In this document: positions 1 to 12,139 of the stretch, piece by piece | How positions within the stretch are numbered: position 1 is the stretch's first letter | How the letters are laid out: each line of letters starts with the position of its first letter | Made by a program: the position numbers and the translations under genes | The notes under the pieces: generated by a model | Told to the model about the DNA's origin: nothing | The model's database searches: none | What the model saw: the letters and a program-made list of their open reading frames with translations, nothing else | Assembly (NCBI GenBank): GCA_051313645.2 | Contig: JBNRSN020000012.1 | Span: 124,682,001-124,746,000, forward strand | DNA length: 64,000 bases | Direction: 5' to 3' | Source: Centroscyllium fabricii | Lineage: Eukaryota

Positions 1-41
1 GGGTAACTACTCATCTTTTGCGTTTGATTGACGATACGTCA
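1..41 (+). mobile_element. 3' end of an LTR (3' or solo LTR) related to the LTRs of elements F/G; rest lies upstream of the window
   Basis: GGTAACTACTC...ATTGACGATACGTCA matches LTR ends at 44972-45011 and 49732-49772; ends in CA and is followed by CR1 tail sequence, not internal sequence. Confidence 0.85.
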
Positions 42-102
42 GCAGGCTCGAGGGGCTGATTGGCCTACTCCTGCTCCTATTTCTTATGTTCTTATGTTCT
101 TA
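42..102 (+). mobile_element. CR1-type LINE/SINE 3' tail
   Basis: GCAGGCTCGAGGGGCTGATTGGCCTACTCCTGCTCCTAT followed by (TTCTTATG)n; same tail at 17010-17069, 27443-27500 (-), 36701-36770 (-). Confidence 0.8.
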
Positions 103-1009
103 TAACGGGTCCCCCCCGCACCCAATGGTGATGAGTGTGAAAGGAATGGCTTGGGCATTGTAGGGATGCTTTATGATGCTGGTGTGGGGTGGTGCCAAAC
201 TAGCGCATCATGTGACAGCCAGGGTGTACAGCATCAAGTGAAGTAAATCTGGCCATGCCTCCCGGGCAGCAATTTACTCAGGTGCAGATGCCCTGTGTCC
301 TCTGCAGCATCAGAACACAGGGCATCAGCAAAGAAGGTTGGTACTGTCGTTGGTACTGCTTGTATGCCTGGTGATGCTGGTGTGCCTGGTGATGGTGGTG
401 TTGGGGCTGATTGTTGTGAGATTGTGAGGACCAACGTGAGATTTTTTCAAGGGCACCAATGCTGATGGAATAGATGGCAGCTGAAGTTGAGATTACAGAA
501 GCGATCTGTCAGTGGTGTGAGAGGTTTCTCCAAGGAGGTGATGCTGGATAGAGAGTTTGCTCCAAACACTTCCAACCTCCATAAAGCTGAAAAGTCTGTT
601 CCAAATCCTGAAGGCTCCAGCTTCGAAGATTGGAAATTGAACAGCTGTGAAATGGTAGCTTTAATACCACTTTTGGAGCTGTCAACTATTCACAGCAATG
701 GAGAGTCATTAAGAACCTGACGCACTTACCTGACGTGATTCCCGAGTGCCAGGAACCTCATATAAAACATGGAAAAATCGTTCAGACCTGGTAAATTGCT
801 GCTTAAATACTTTAAGCAGTTTCTTAAGTATCTCAATTGCCTGACCCGTCGCTTAGTGCCGGGTTTGCAAACAGCAGGCAGAGCCGACACTTGGGAAATG
901 AACAAGGAGGTGGGTTCAGAGCGGATTTCCGCCCCGCTGTCAATCACTGCCATTTTGACAGCAGACTCGCCTCCAAACTTGCACACGCAGCACCGGCAAG
1001 ATTCAGGCC
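103..1009. mobile_element. Decayed PIF/Harbinger-like DNA transposon remnant
   Basis: Inverted homology to 37989-38405 and 39951-40400; terminus ...GGCAAGATTCAGGCC is the reverse complement of GGGCTGAATCTTGCC at 37989. Confidence 0.55.
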
Positions 1010-1965
1010 TTATTTACCAAGGAGTATGTGGCCTCTTTATTCCTCTCACCAAAATGTATTACCTCGCACTCGTCTATATTGAAGTTCATTTGCCAATTAC
1101 AGCCCCAATCTGCAAGTTTATTAGTGTCTTCCTGTATTTTGTCACAGTCCTCCTCTATATTAACTACACGCCCCAATTTGGTCCTCCAACTTCTACCGCT
1201 GCACAATCAAAAGCATATTGACAAGCTGCATCACAGTCTGGTATGGAAATTGCACCATCTCGGACCGGGAGACCCTGTAGTGGGTAGTCAAAACTGCCCA
1301 ACGAATCACAGGCACCCAGCTACTGTCAATGGAAAGCATCTACCTCAAACGCTGCCTACGGAGGTCTCTGAACATTATTAAAGACCCCACACACCCCAGC
1401 CACAGTCTGTTCACCCCCTGCCCTCCGGGAGACGCTACAGATCAATTTGCACCCGCACGACTAGATTTAAGAACAGCTTCTTCCCCAGGGCTGTCAGCCT
1501 CCTGAACTCTAAAAATAAACTCCGGTACCTGCACGCCTGAAAATGTACTTTACTGTATGCAATTTGCATGTAATTTATTTGCACTACTCTCGGGAGCGTC
1601 GAGTCTTCGTCTCGTTGTATTGTACTAGTACTCTGCAATGACAATAAAACTTGAATTGAATTGAATTGAATTGAATTGGTGTCATCCACAAATTTTTAAA
1701 TTGTACTTCCGAGTCCTGAGTCCAAATAGTTTCTGTAAATGGTGAACAACAGTGGTCCCAGCATCGATCCTTGTGGAACATCACTTCCTACCTTTTGCCA
1801 ATCCGAGTAACGACCTTTAACCCCTACTCTCTGTTTTCTGTTTTGGTGCCAGCTTGCTCTCCATTCTACTACTTGTCCCCGGATTCCACATGTCCTGCCC
1901 TTAGTCATGAGTCCAGTATGTGGTACCGTTTCAAAGTTTTTTTTGGACATGAGTGTGTTTGTCAA
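1010..1965 (-). pseudogene. CR1-type LINE ORF2 (RT) fragment, split by a Rex1 insertion at 1183-1675
   Basis: Peptides VPQGSMLGPLLFTIY (1696-1965) and TKLGRVVNIEEDCDKIQED...WQMNFNIDECEVIHFG (1003-1182) join across the insertion at the DDTKL motif. Confidence 0.9.
1183..1675 (+). mobile_element. 5'-truncated Rex1/Babar-type LINE
   Basis: Homologous to 10330-11419 and 41473-43349; AATAAA then (TTGAA)5 tail; candidate TSD TTGGT (1178-1182 / 1676-1680). Confidence 0.9.
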
Positions 1966-2777
1966 CCTATACTGTCTTTAATAAACACACATTTCCATAA
2001 ACAAATACAAAACACTCAAAAGTTCATTGTTTATGCAGTTGACAAATTTTTGTACAAAAAAAGTTCAGTCTCAGGAGAAAACATTTGTAACTGGAATTTG
2101 GAGCCAAATTGAAGACTCTTGTTATGATTGTTATGGGCAGTCATCAGTCAGAAAGATCCCAATAATTCAAATTCATCTCCAGGTTAGATTTAAATCACTT
2201 GGATAAACAAACTGAAATACTATTCAACTTGTCTGAGAAAAATAAATTCATTCTCAAAAAACAATCATTATTGTGCTTTCTAAAAGTCATTGAAGGAAAC
2301 CACAGGTGCTGTTATGACAGGTTTTGTCTGACTAACTGTGAGGAAAAATTAAACAGTTCATAAAAGAAAAGTAGCAGTTGTTAGTATTTAAAATGTGAAA
2401 TTTGCTTGTAATTAAACTTTGGCAATTCAATTTCAAGTTTGTTTCTTCTTGGAAAAAGGCAAAGAAATTCACATCCTCACAGGAAAAGAAGAAACACCTT
2501 CTACTTCAACTCACCGAGAAACCTACCGACACATGTTGGCAAAGTCTGCAAAGTGCACTTGCTTAGAGCGCACAGGTGTGGTTTGTGACTTCCTTCAACT
2601 GTTTTCAGACAGATTGAGCTTGAAGCAAAACATTCACTGGAACTATTAAAAGACACAAAAAATTACTCCATTTCTCAACTTAATCATTTTATTGTGAAAT
2701 ACATTTCTTTGATGTTTTTTTTTTTTTAATGTTATTTTTGACATTAGAAATGTCCATTACTCAGAGAAAAATATAGT

Positions 2778-3027
2778 GGCCGAAAATTCTTTTAAATACA
2801 TTTTGATTGATTTAGTTAGTTCCCTTTTCCTGTCCTTTCAGTGGCTCTGCTCATGCTTTCTGCCAGGTTCACTGGTGGGTCCGGCTCTGTGTGTGGGTGA
2901 CTTTCTTAAAACTAGTAACTACGCCATTAAAATGGCGGTATCTCGAACACAACGGGAATCGTGCAACTATCATTTTAATCACCTGCCCACCCTGTTCCTG
3001 TCAGGCAAGCATGGTTGAAATTGGCCC
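2778..3027. mobile_element. Degenerate Harbinger-like MITE
   Basis: Ends GGCCGAAAATT... / ...GAAATTGGCCC followed by TTA; imperfect TIRs only. Confidence 0.35.
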
Positions 3028-3591
3028 TTAAGTGTGAATAATTGCAAATGTGCAGAAGCCCAACACTTCTAAAATAGTATAGATACAGATGGATATTCTT
3101 TTAAATGTCCAAATGTTGAATTCTCACATATGATTTCCTCTTATTAGCCCATATCACAATTAGAAATATATATTATTAAATGAATGCCCAACAATCTTGC
3201 TTTATAGGAAGTGGTATTGTCACATCCAAGTAGAAAAGCCAAGTATCTCTAGAAATATAGATCAATCCACTGCCATGACTAGGTCATGTAAAAGTGATTA
3301 AAACCCATTTCTTACTCAGAATAAAGTAACTACAAATGTATTTCATATCTGTTCCTATGAAAAGGTTTATTAAACATAATTCAATTCAATTGGGCAGGTA
3401 GGAGACCGAGGGCTCAAAATAAGACCCTATGCTAGAAATTACTGGCGCCAAAATTAGTGGATCAACTCTTAATGCATTCATATGACATTCCCCCATACGG
3501 TGTTTTAATGGAGCTATTAAACCATTTGTAAGAAATAGGGCAACATCTGCAATTAATTAATGGGCAGAAAATGGCATAGAGATATGCATAG

Positions 3592-4593
3592 GGGGGAAAA
3601 TGAGGTATCGCCACGTTTGGGGCGTTAAAGTCGGCGCAGCGCTAAATTTAGCGCCTGATGCAAATTAGCGCCACCAACAGCCAACTTGGGTTTTCTCACC
3701 CCTGGAGGTGACTGGAGCTCTAAATCAAGTGCTACACACCTCTGTTGAGGCGCAAAGGCCGAGGAGCGAGGCGTTACCTCAGAGCGCTGGCAAAGCTCAT
3801 GTGATGCCAGTCAGCAATGGAACACAGACACACTGGCACCGTCCAATTCTTAAAGGAGAGTTCTGACGAACGGTCATTGACCTGACAACTCTGTTTCTCT
3901 CTTCACAGATGCTGCTTGACCTGCTGAGTTTCTCCTGCATTTTCTGTTTTTATCTTAAAGGGGAGGGTTGATCTTGTTTTCCATCCACATCCTGCTCATT
4001 GCAGCTTTGAATATCAGCCTTGAGAGACAGGTACATCAAATCTGCTGGGAAGAACAATGGAGAGACCCAGGGAAAGAGCTGAGAGTGCAGCCCCCACATT
4101 CCCTTCTAAATCGATACAAGGAAGGGCAAATCAAAATGAACCTGAAAAGTACTGCTCAGTACCCAAAAACTCCTTCACCCAGTGTTGAATCTCTCCAGAA
4201 GTCTCTCTCTCACTCGCTCAGAATGCGTGGTGCAAAAATATCACCAACAAAAAAAAGGCAGGAAGCAGTCACCTTTAACTAGCATTCCCCCAGTCCCTTT
4301 CTGACTGCAGAACACTGAGCCCTCAACCTGTCGTTGCTAGCGGCAGGCGGTAAGGCAGGGGACACCACGCAATATCTGATCCGGGGCGCTACTGGGGCAT
4401 TGCGCACTCCAATGACATCACCATCTGCCAGCGCAGGAGATCATGGCAGTCGTGCTTAGCGCCACCACAAAATGCCTAGTCAATTTCCCGAACGGCGCTA
4501 AACTCACCGCTCCCGGGCGCTAGTTGCTTTGCACCCCCATTAGCGCCCTCCTAAGGCGCTAACGGGAGGCAAAACCAACCGAATTTTTCCCCC
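3592..4593. mobile_element. ~1-kb non-autonomous PIF/Harbinger-like element (copy 1) carrying a Penelope pseudo-LTR fragment
   Basis: TIRs GGGGGAAAA / TTTTCCCCC, flanks TAG/TAA; full-length inverted copy at 58075-59068. Confidence 0.8.
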
Positions 4594-5857
4594 TAAGTGT
4601 TCATCAACAACATTAATATCTGGCCTTTTAGTCCTACTCCAACACAGATTATCTCTTTTCCCATAGCTATAAATAAAAACAAAACATTGGTATTAGTTGG
4701 TTGTGCTCAGCTACATAACAACCTGGCTGAGAGCAGGCAATAAGCAGTTGGAGGATTACCTGCCATTGTATAGATTTCAAACATGCACTCCTATTTCTCT
4801 AAGTCTAGCATCCAACCCGATGGTTTGTATACACCTGTTTGCAGCCATAAGTAAAATTATAAGTCCCCTTCAGCTTTCTGCCAGATCATTTTGATTTAAA
4901 GGTTTGATTATGAGTGGAAGGGTTCTAGGGTGAATTAATCTCTAAATTGTATTACTTAATGATTTCACTGATTTACTTGTCTCAGAGAGATCTGGGCATA
5001 GAAATTGTTTATGGACCATAGGCAGCAGAGCACAGACAGTGCGTGTCCCAACCAGCAGGCCCGAGGCTGACCCGGAATTGAGCCTCGGGGATTATTTACA
5101 TTATTTGGACGAGTTGCCAGTACTCTTCATGTCTCCATGGGCAGCTTGCCCATTTTACACTGCTGAATATCGAGCCACATGCCTCCCAAGAAGGTGGATT
5201 GGAATGGCAATGGGAGGTTGGGGGGGGGCAGTGATTACAAGTACTGTGGGTTCAAGGGGAATGCTCACATTTTGGTTCGACCCCATCGACTACTGAAGAA
5301 ACCCAAGCAGAGCAGGTTTGACACCTACTGCACTCATTGCAATCCAGTTTATGTAGAGAGGTTACAAAACATATGTACATGTATAGGGGTATCCCAATAT
5401 CAGTTCAGATGTCTTTCAGGTATCCTCGGAGCACAGGATGTCGGTCCTCAATGTGCCCATTTTACACCCGGAAAACAGGCGCAAGGTCCAATTTCTCCCC
5501 TCGATTTGTGCTTGTACCATCAAATCAAGCATTCCTACACCCAAAAGAGACATTAATAATCTGACAAAATCTGTAATAAGGCTACATTAATAAAATAGAA
5601 AGCAAAATTCTGTTGGAAAAAGATAGCTCTGTTATTAGTATGCTGAGATAACTCAAACAATGGAGAATAGGAGGCTAGGAATGGGATCCTGGCCAATTTA
5701 TTTCAAAAGAGGAGTGGGAGGAAACCTGAACCTTGGCTTACTGGGTCTCTATCTGTAACAGTGCAAGAGAAATGCAATTAAAATATTTTCAAATAGGATA
5801 CTGCACACCACACCAAAGGGATAGGAGTAAATTCTCTTATGCATTGGAGGAAATACA

Positions 5858-5970
5858 ATAAATAAATTATGCATATTCTGGGCATGCCCATAATGAAAAC
5901 TCTTTAGAAATGCTATTTGTCAACAATTTATCAAAATTATAGTTCTGATACGAGCTCCATTGTCAGAACA
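5858..5970 (+). repeat. 113-bp direct duplication of flanking DNA, left copy (right copy 11511-11623)
   Basis: ATAAATAAATTATGC...CAGAACA occurs on both sides of element B with about 6 mismatches. Confidence 0.95.
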
Positions 5971-6216
5971 GTGAAATTTCCTGGCAAAATAAGGGAGCCC
6001 ACATGGAGAACGATGAACAAAAGGTCTTTTATTTCTGAAATCAATCTCAACACTGAATACAAAAGCCCGCAAATCATGTGATGACGTCACTGCGTTGTAT
6101 CACATGGGTCCGTTTTTCCCGCGCTCTTAAAGGGGAGGTTACATATAATGGTTAAAGGGAATTATACATAAGTGCTTTATATACAGGTATCTACAGTGGG
6201 ATGTGGCCCTGCCACA

Positions 6217-9200
6217 TGCACCCCCCACAATTCTCTTCAACAGAGTCAATCGTACGGGCGGCTTGACGAGACGACCAGAACGGCTGTAGTGTCCAGATAT
6301 CGGAGGTTGCAGTGAGCCCTGTGGACTGGTAGGCTGGAGGGTTGGCAGGCTGGTCGGCTGACAGGTTGGCGGACTGGCGGGCTGGCAGGCGGGTGGACTG
6401 GCAGGCTGGTAGGAGGGTGAAATGGCGGGTGGCTGAAGTGCATCCGGGAGAACGCCAACAGGAGGTCTTCCACACTTCAGTGGTAGTGCCTGCTGTACCG
6501 GGGAGTCAGGGTCCAGGTATGCCGGTTTGATGTGGTCTACAGAGACGTGGTCAGGCTTGCCACCCATGTCCAGGGTGAAGGACTTTGCACCTGCCTCCAA
6601 TACATGGAAGGGTCCAGTGTACGGGGTCTGGAGAGGGTCTCTGTGTGTGGCTTGGCGCACAAACACGTAATCTGCTTGCTGCAGATCTTTAGGCATGTGA
6701 GAGTGCTGGAAACTGTGCTGTGACGTGGGAACCGGGCGGAAACGTCTGGCTGCTTCTTGGTACAGAGCCAGTTGTGCGGAGGTGTACCAGGGCTCGGTGG
6801 TGGCAGGTATGAAATTGCCTGGCACCCTGAGAGGCTGCCCGTAGACCAACTCGGCGGAGGAGGAGTTGAGATCTTCTTTAGGGGCCATATGGAGTCCCAG
6901 CAGACCCCACGGCAGCTTGTCTACCCAGCCAGTGCCCTGGAGACTGGCCCTCAGTGCAGCCTTCATTGACCTGTGAAATCGTTCACAGAGGCCGTTTGCC
7001 TGTGGATGATAAGCAATGGTCCTGTGAAGCTTTGTTCCAAGTCCCTGGGTGACAGCGGTCCAGAGCTGTGATGTAAATTGCGGACCTCTGTCCGATGAGA
7101 TGTCGGCCGGGACGCCGAACCTGGCCACCCATGCCGCAAGGAACGCCCTGGCCACATCCGCTGCGGTGGTGGAGGCAAGTGGGACTGCCTCTGGCCACCT
7201 CGTGGTGTGGTCCACCATTGTTCAAATGTGTGAGTAGCCTTGAGACGGTGGAAGCGGGCCCACCAAGTCCATGTGGACGTGGTCGAATCGGCGCTCTGGC
7301 ACTGTGAAAGTTGCGAGAGGTGCCTTGACGTGCCGGTGTGTCTTTGCTTTCTGGAATACAAAGCACGTGTTCGCCCAGTCCCAGACATCCTTGTTTAGGC
7401 CATGCCACACAAACTTCACTGCCATCAGCTTTTGTGAGGCTTTCATGCCCAGGTGCGAAAGCCTGTGTACCATGTCGAAAACTCGGCGCCACCAGGTGGT
7501 AGGAACAACTGGCCGAGGGTCCTTGATGGAGACGTCACAGAATAAGGTGGTACCTGCTGCCTGGAAATAGATGTCGGCCAGTTTGAGGCCCGTGACCGCT
7601 GTCCTGTACGACTGGCCCTCAGTGTCGGAAAGTTGGTCCGCCGCCAAGTGGGCATAGTCGATGCCGAGTTGCATGGCATGTAGGGTTGGGCGGGAGAGGC
7701 AATCTGCTACCATGTTCTCTTTGCTGGCCATGTGACGAATATCGGTGGTGAACTCAGAGATAAAGGTGAGCTGGTGCTGCTGTCGTGCGGACCACAGTCC
7801 GGCGGTCTCAGATATTGCAAATGTCAGGGGTTTGTGATCCATGAAAGCCGTGAAAGGGTGACCTTCTAACAGGAAGCGAAAGTGCCTGATTGATAAGAAC
7901 AAAGCGAGTAACTCCCTGTCAAAAGTACTATACGTCCTCTCGTTTTTGCAGAGCTGGCGGCTGAAGAACACCAGGGGTTGCCATGCGCCGTCGACCCATT
8001 GCTGTTGGACCGCCCCAATGGCATAGTCAGATGCGTCCGCCGTGAGTGCAATTGAGGCACCCAATCTAGGGTGAGTTAACATGGTGGCGTTGGCCAATGC
8101 AAGCTTCATATTCTCGAAGGCCAGGGTCATTTCGGCCGTCCAGGAGAGCGGGTGTTTGCCGGTCCTGCCTCTAGTGGCCTCATATGCATGAGGAGTGCAG
8201 GTTTCGGCACAAATCGATGGTAAAAATTGACCATCCCCAGGAACTCCTGCAGGGAGTTGACCGTCTGGGGCTGTGTGAAATCCGACACCGCTTGTACCTT
8301 AGCTCCTTCAGCTGAGATGCAATGGCCGAGAAAATCTATCTGAGCCAGGCCAAACTGGCATTTGGCAGGGTTGACTATGAGCCCGTGCTGGTTCAGGCGC
8401 TGAAAGAGAGCACGCAGATGCGTAAGGTGCTCCAATCTGTCCGTACTGGACACCAAGATATCATTGAGATAAACAAAAAGGAAAGGACGGTCCTGAAGCA
8501 CCGAGTCCATCAGGCACCGGAAGGCTTGGGCGGCATTCTTCAGGCCAAAAGGCATCCTCAAAAATTCAAAGAGGCCAAAAAGGGTGATAACTGCAGACTT
8601 CTGCACATCCTTCGGATGCACCGGGACTTGATGGCATCCGCGGACTAGGTCCACCTTTGAGAAGATGATCTTGCCCGCCAAGTGCGCGGAGAAATCCTGT
8701 ATGTGCGGGATGGGGTAGCGGTCCGGCGTGCTGGCATCATTCAGTCTTTGGTAGTCACCGCAGGGTCGCCATCCGCTGCCACGTTTCGGGACGATGTGCA
8801 GGGGGAGGATCAGGGACTATTCCCGAATAGTCCCCAGTCGCTCCATCGTGGCGAATTCCGCCTTCGCCACCGCCATCTTGCCAGGATCGAGGCGCCGAGC
8901 TCACGCATAGACCGGGGGGCCGTTGGTGGCAATATGGTGCTCCACGCCATGCTTGGCTGATGCGGCTGAGAAGGTGGGTTGTGTGAGGCCGGGGAATTCG
9001 TCCAGAAGGCGAGTGTATTCATCCGGTGCTGGAAAGGCGCATGAGACAGTGCATGCCATCGTGTTGCTGCACTGACACGGCATCGAATGGAACGTGGCTG
9101 CGTTAATGAGGCGCCGGTCGTGGACATCGACGAGGAGGCCGTGGGCGCATAGGAAATCAGCGCCGAGCAGAGGCTGGGAAACTGAAGCTGTGATGAAGTC

Positions 9201-9425
9201 CCAGTGGAACCGCTGCCCGTCAAATCAATTTTCTGCTCGCCGCTTGCCGAATGTGTGGCAGGTGACGCCATTAGCTGCTTCGAGGGGAGGCCCGTGCTGA
9301 CCAGCCTGGACGTCGAGGGTGGATGCGGGTAGCACGCTGCACTGTGCGCCGGTGTCGCAGAGAAACCGCCAACCCGAGAGGGAGTCTGTAATGCAGAGGA
9401 GCTTCCCCGCCGAACCTACAGCCAT
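6217..9425 (-). pseudogene. pol: Element B pol (protease, RT, RNase H, integrase), multiple stops and frameshifts
   Basis: FLCDTGA protease; FSKVDL..MPFGLKNA..VYLNDIL RT; ADASDYAIGAV RNase H; H..H..C zinc finger; SDRGPQF..ANGLCERFH integrase; GPF. Confidence 0.93.
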
Positions 9426-9429
9426 TGTC

Positions 9430-10113
9430 GCCGCGGGAGGATGGCTAGAAGTGTTCCGCTGCGGCCACGTGCTCAGTGGTCCGTGTTTTTATTTTGGGAG
9501 GCGAACGTGCAGGGTGGGCGGCAGCGCTGAGCCTTCGCGCCAAATCTGGCATGACAGTAGCAGAGGCCTGATGCCTGGCGAGCTGGGGCATTTTCCGCGG
9601 GGGTGGGGTGCCTCGTGGCGGTGCAGCTGAGTCTGGTTACTGCGAAAATGTTATCGGCGTAGCCATGAGTTGGATGCAGTCGATGATGGACGATCCCGCA
9701 AGGGCGGCCTGAACCTGCTCGGGCAACTGGCTGAGGAACAATGCTCCGAAGAGGAAGCATTGGGGCACCGATCCAAGCAGCATGAACATCTGGCTCATCA
9801 GTTGGGTGAGGGTTGAATCCCCGAGGCCAGGCAATGTGAGCAGCTGGCGGGCTCGCATGTCTTTAGAGAGACCGAGGACTTGTTGAAGTCTGGATTTTAC
9901 AGCTTCATACTTGCCCATCTCTGGTGGACTCTCGAGGAGATCAATGACTCTGGAAGCTGTTGAACTGTCGAGGGCCGAGACAACGTATAGGAACTTGGTG
10001 TTGTACTCCTCGACATCCCATAGTGTGAACTGAGCCTCGACGTGTACAAACCACGCGGGCGCCTGCTGCTCCCAGAAGGAAGGCAGTTTCTGGGCCACAG
10101 CATTCGCTGCCAT
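9430..10113 (-). pseudogene. gag: Element B gag, frameshifted
   Basis: MAANAVAQKLPSFWEQQAPAWFVHVEAQF N-terminus; C-x2-H zinc-knuckle remnant (LCYCHARFGAKAQRCRPPC). Confidence 0.85.
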
Positions 10114-10148
10114 GATGCTGCAGAAGCTGGTGAAAAACATTCACCAAC

Positions 10149-10160
10149 TCGGGGTCACCA
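10149..10160 (-). promoter_or_regulatory. Primer-binding site, tRNA-Trp
   Basis: TGGTGACCCCGA 1 nt after the 5' LTR, complementary to the tRNA-Trp 3' end. Confidence 0.88.
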
Positions 10161-10329
10161 ATGTAGGAAAGTGAAATTTCCTAGCAAAATGAGGGAGCCC
10201 ACACAGAGGAACGATGAACAACAAGTCTTTTATTTCTGAAATCAATCTCAACACTGAACACAAAAGCTCACAAATCACGTGATGACATCACTGCATTGTA
10301 TCACGTGGGTCCGTTTTTCCCGCACTATT

Positions 10330-11419
10330 CAATTCAATTCAATTCAATTCAGGTTTTATTGTCATTGCAGAGTACTAGTACAATACAACGAGAGAAGACT
10401 CGACGCTCCCGAGAGTAGTGCAAATAAATTACATGCAAATTGCATACAGTAAAGTACATTATCAGGCGTGCAGGTACCGGAGTTTATTTTTTAGAGTTCA
10501 GGAGGCTGACAGCCCTGGGGAAGAAGCTGTTCTTAAATCTAGTCGTGCGGGTGCGAATTGATCTGTAGCGTCTCCCGGAGGGCAGGGGGGCGAACAGACT
10601 GTGGCTGGGGTGTGTGGGGTCTTTAATAATGTTCAGAGACCTCCGTAAGCAGTGTTTGAGGTAGATGCTTTCCATTGACAGTAGCTGGGTACCGGTGATT
10701 CGTTGGGCAGTTTTGACTACCCGCTGCAGGGTTTTCCGGTCCGAGATAGTGCAATTTCCATACCAGACTGTGATGCAGCTTGTCAGTATGCTTTCTATTG
10801 TACAGCGGTAGAAGTTGGAGAGGATGCCGGATGACAGCCTGGCTTTCTTCAGCTTCCTTAGGAAGTACAGGCGCTGTTGGGCCTTCTTAACCAGAGAGGA
10901 GGTGTTTAGTGACCAGGGGAGATCTTCCGAGATGTGGACCCCGAGGAACTTGAAGCTGGACACCCTTTCCACCTCAGCCCCTTGGATGAAGATGGGGGTG
11001 TGTCTTCTGCTTCCAGTCCTCCGGAAGTCCACTATGATCTCCTTAGTTTTCTTGGTGTTCAGTGCCAGGTTGTCGTCGGCACACCATCCCACGGTGTCAT
11101 CCGCAAACTTGATGATCGTGTTGGAGCCATGGACAGCCGCACAGTCATGAGTGAAGAGGGAGTAGAGGAGGGGGCTCAGCACACAACCTTGTGGGGCCCC
11201 CGTGTTCAGGGTAAGGGGGGCGAGGTGAGGTTGCCTAACTTCACAGACTGTGGTCTGTTGGTTAGGAAGTCCAGGGTCCAGTTGCAGAGGGAGGTGTTCA
11301 GGCCGAGGGTGAGGAGTTTGTTAGGCAATTTGCTGGGGACGATGGTGTTGAATGCTGAGCTGTAGTCAATAAACAGCATTCTGACATACGTATCTTTGCT
11401 ATCCAGGTGGTTTAGTGCA
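10330..11419 (-). mobile_element. 5'-truncated Rex1/Babar LINE inserted in the 5' LTR of element B
   Basis: RT motifs [28 protein letters not shown]; (TTGAA)n tail; LTR resumes at 11420; TSD ATT; 63-nt in-frame deletion relative to the 41473-43349 copy. Confidence 0.93.
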
Positions 11420-11510
11420 ATTAAAGGGGCGGTTACATACAATGGTTAAAGGGAATTATACATAAGTGTTTTATATACAAGTATCTACAGTGGGATGTGG
11501 ACCTGCCACA

Positions 11511-11623
11511 ATAAATAAATTATGCATATTCTGGGCATGCCCATAATGAAAACCCTTTAGAAATGCTATTTGCCAACAACTTATCAAAATTATAGTTCTG
11601 AAATGAGCTCCATTATCAGAACA
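11511..11623 (+). repeat. 113-bp direct duplication, right copy
   Basis: Matches 5858-5970. Confidence 0.95.
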
Positions 11624-12139
11624 CTGATGCCATCAGCAAGCAATTATACTGTAGGAGTCACTTCTATGTCAAAGAAAGGAATGCACACACACATATACAG
11701 GTTGAGCACCGTTAATCTGGTAACCGAAAAACCGGCAACTTCGGTCGTCCAGCATAAATTGCCCCGACTGTCCTGCGTGTTAAGTCTGGGGTGTCCAGAC
11801 TTAATAACTTAGTCGGAGTCAGGAGGTAATCAACAAAGTAGGTGTTTAATCTATGGGAGAGAATTAAGACCTGGCTCAAAAGGCAACTGCCAACCGAATT
11901 AACATTCTAGAACACTGCAGAGAACACAGGAGTTACTGGTATTCCAAATAGGTGTTGGATTCCCTTAAAGGGGCCATACACCACAATCCTCCCCCTTTAA
12001 ATCCCTTAGCATTATACAAGGTATGAAAGCTAAGGGGGAGGTTACAACAACAATATAACTATCGTTAATAGAGAACATATATACATATATATCAATTCTT
12101 AATGTACATTATGTAGCATGCACCCCAAAATAAACCACG

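Larger units (their letters stand above)
5971..11510 (-). mobile_element. Ty3/Gypsy LTR retrotransposon B (decayed, tRNA-Trp primed)
   Basis: 3' LTR 5971-6216 (terminal ~9 nt missing or replaced); 5' LTR 10162-11510 split by Rex1; LTRs roughly 9% diverged; gag-PR-RT-RH-IN order; PPT 6217-6235. Confidence 0.95.

Noticed and set aside
8455-8475. YLND in element B and YVDE in element H (near 62195) as novel RT active sites
   Set aside because: Single heavily decayed copies; one substitution each explains them, unlike YLDN shared by three families.
11986-12139. env or extra ORF between pol and the 3' LTR of the Gypsy elements
   Set aside because: The 3' UTRs are all under about 250 bp; no room for an envelope gene, so these are not retroviruses.
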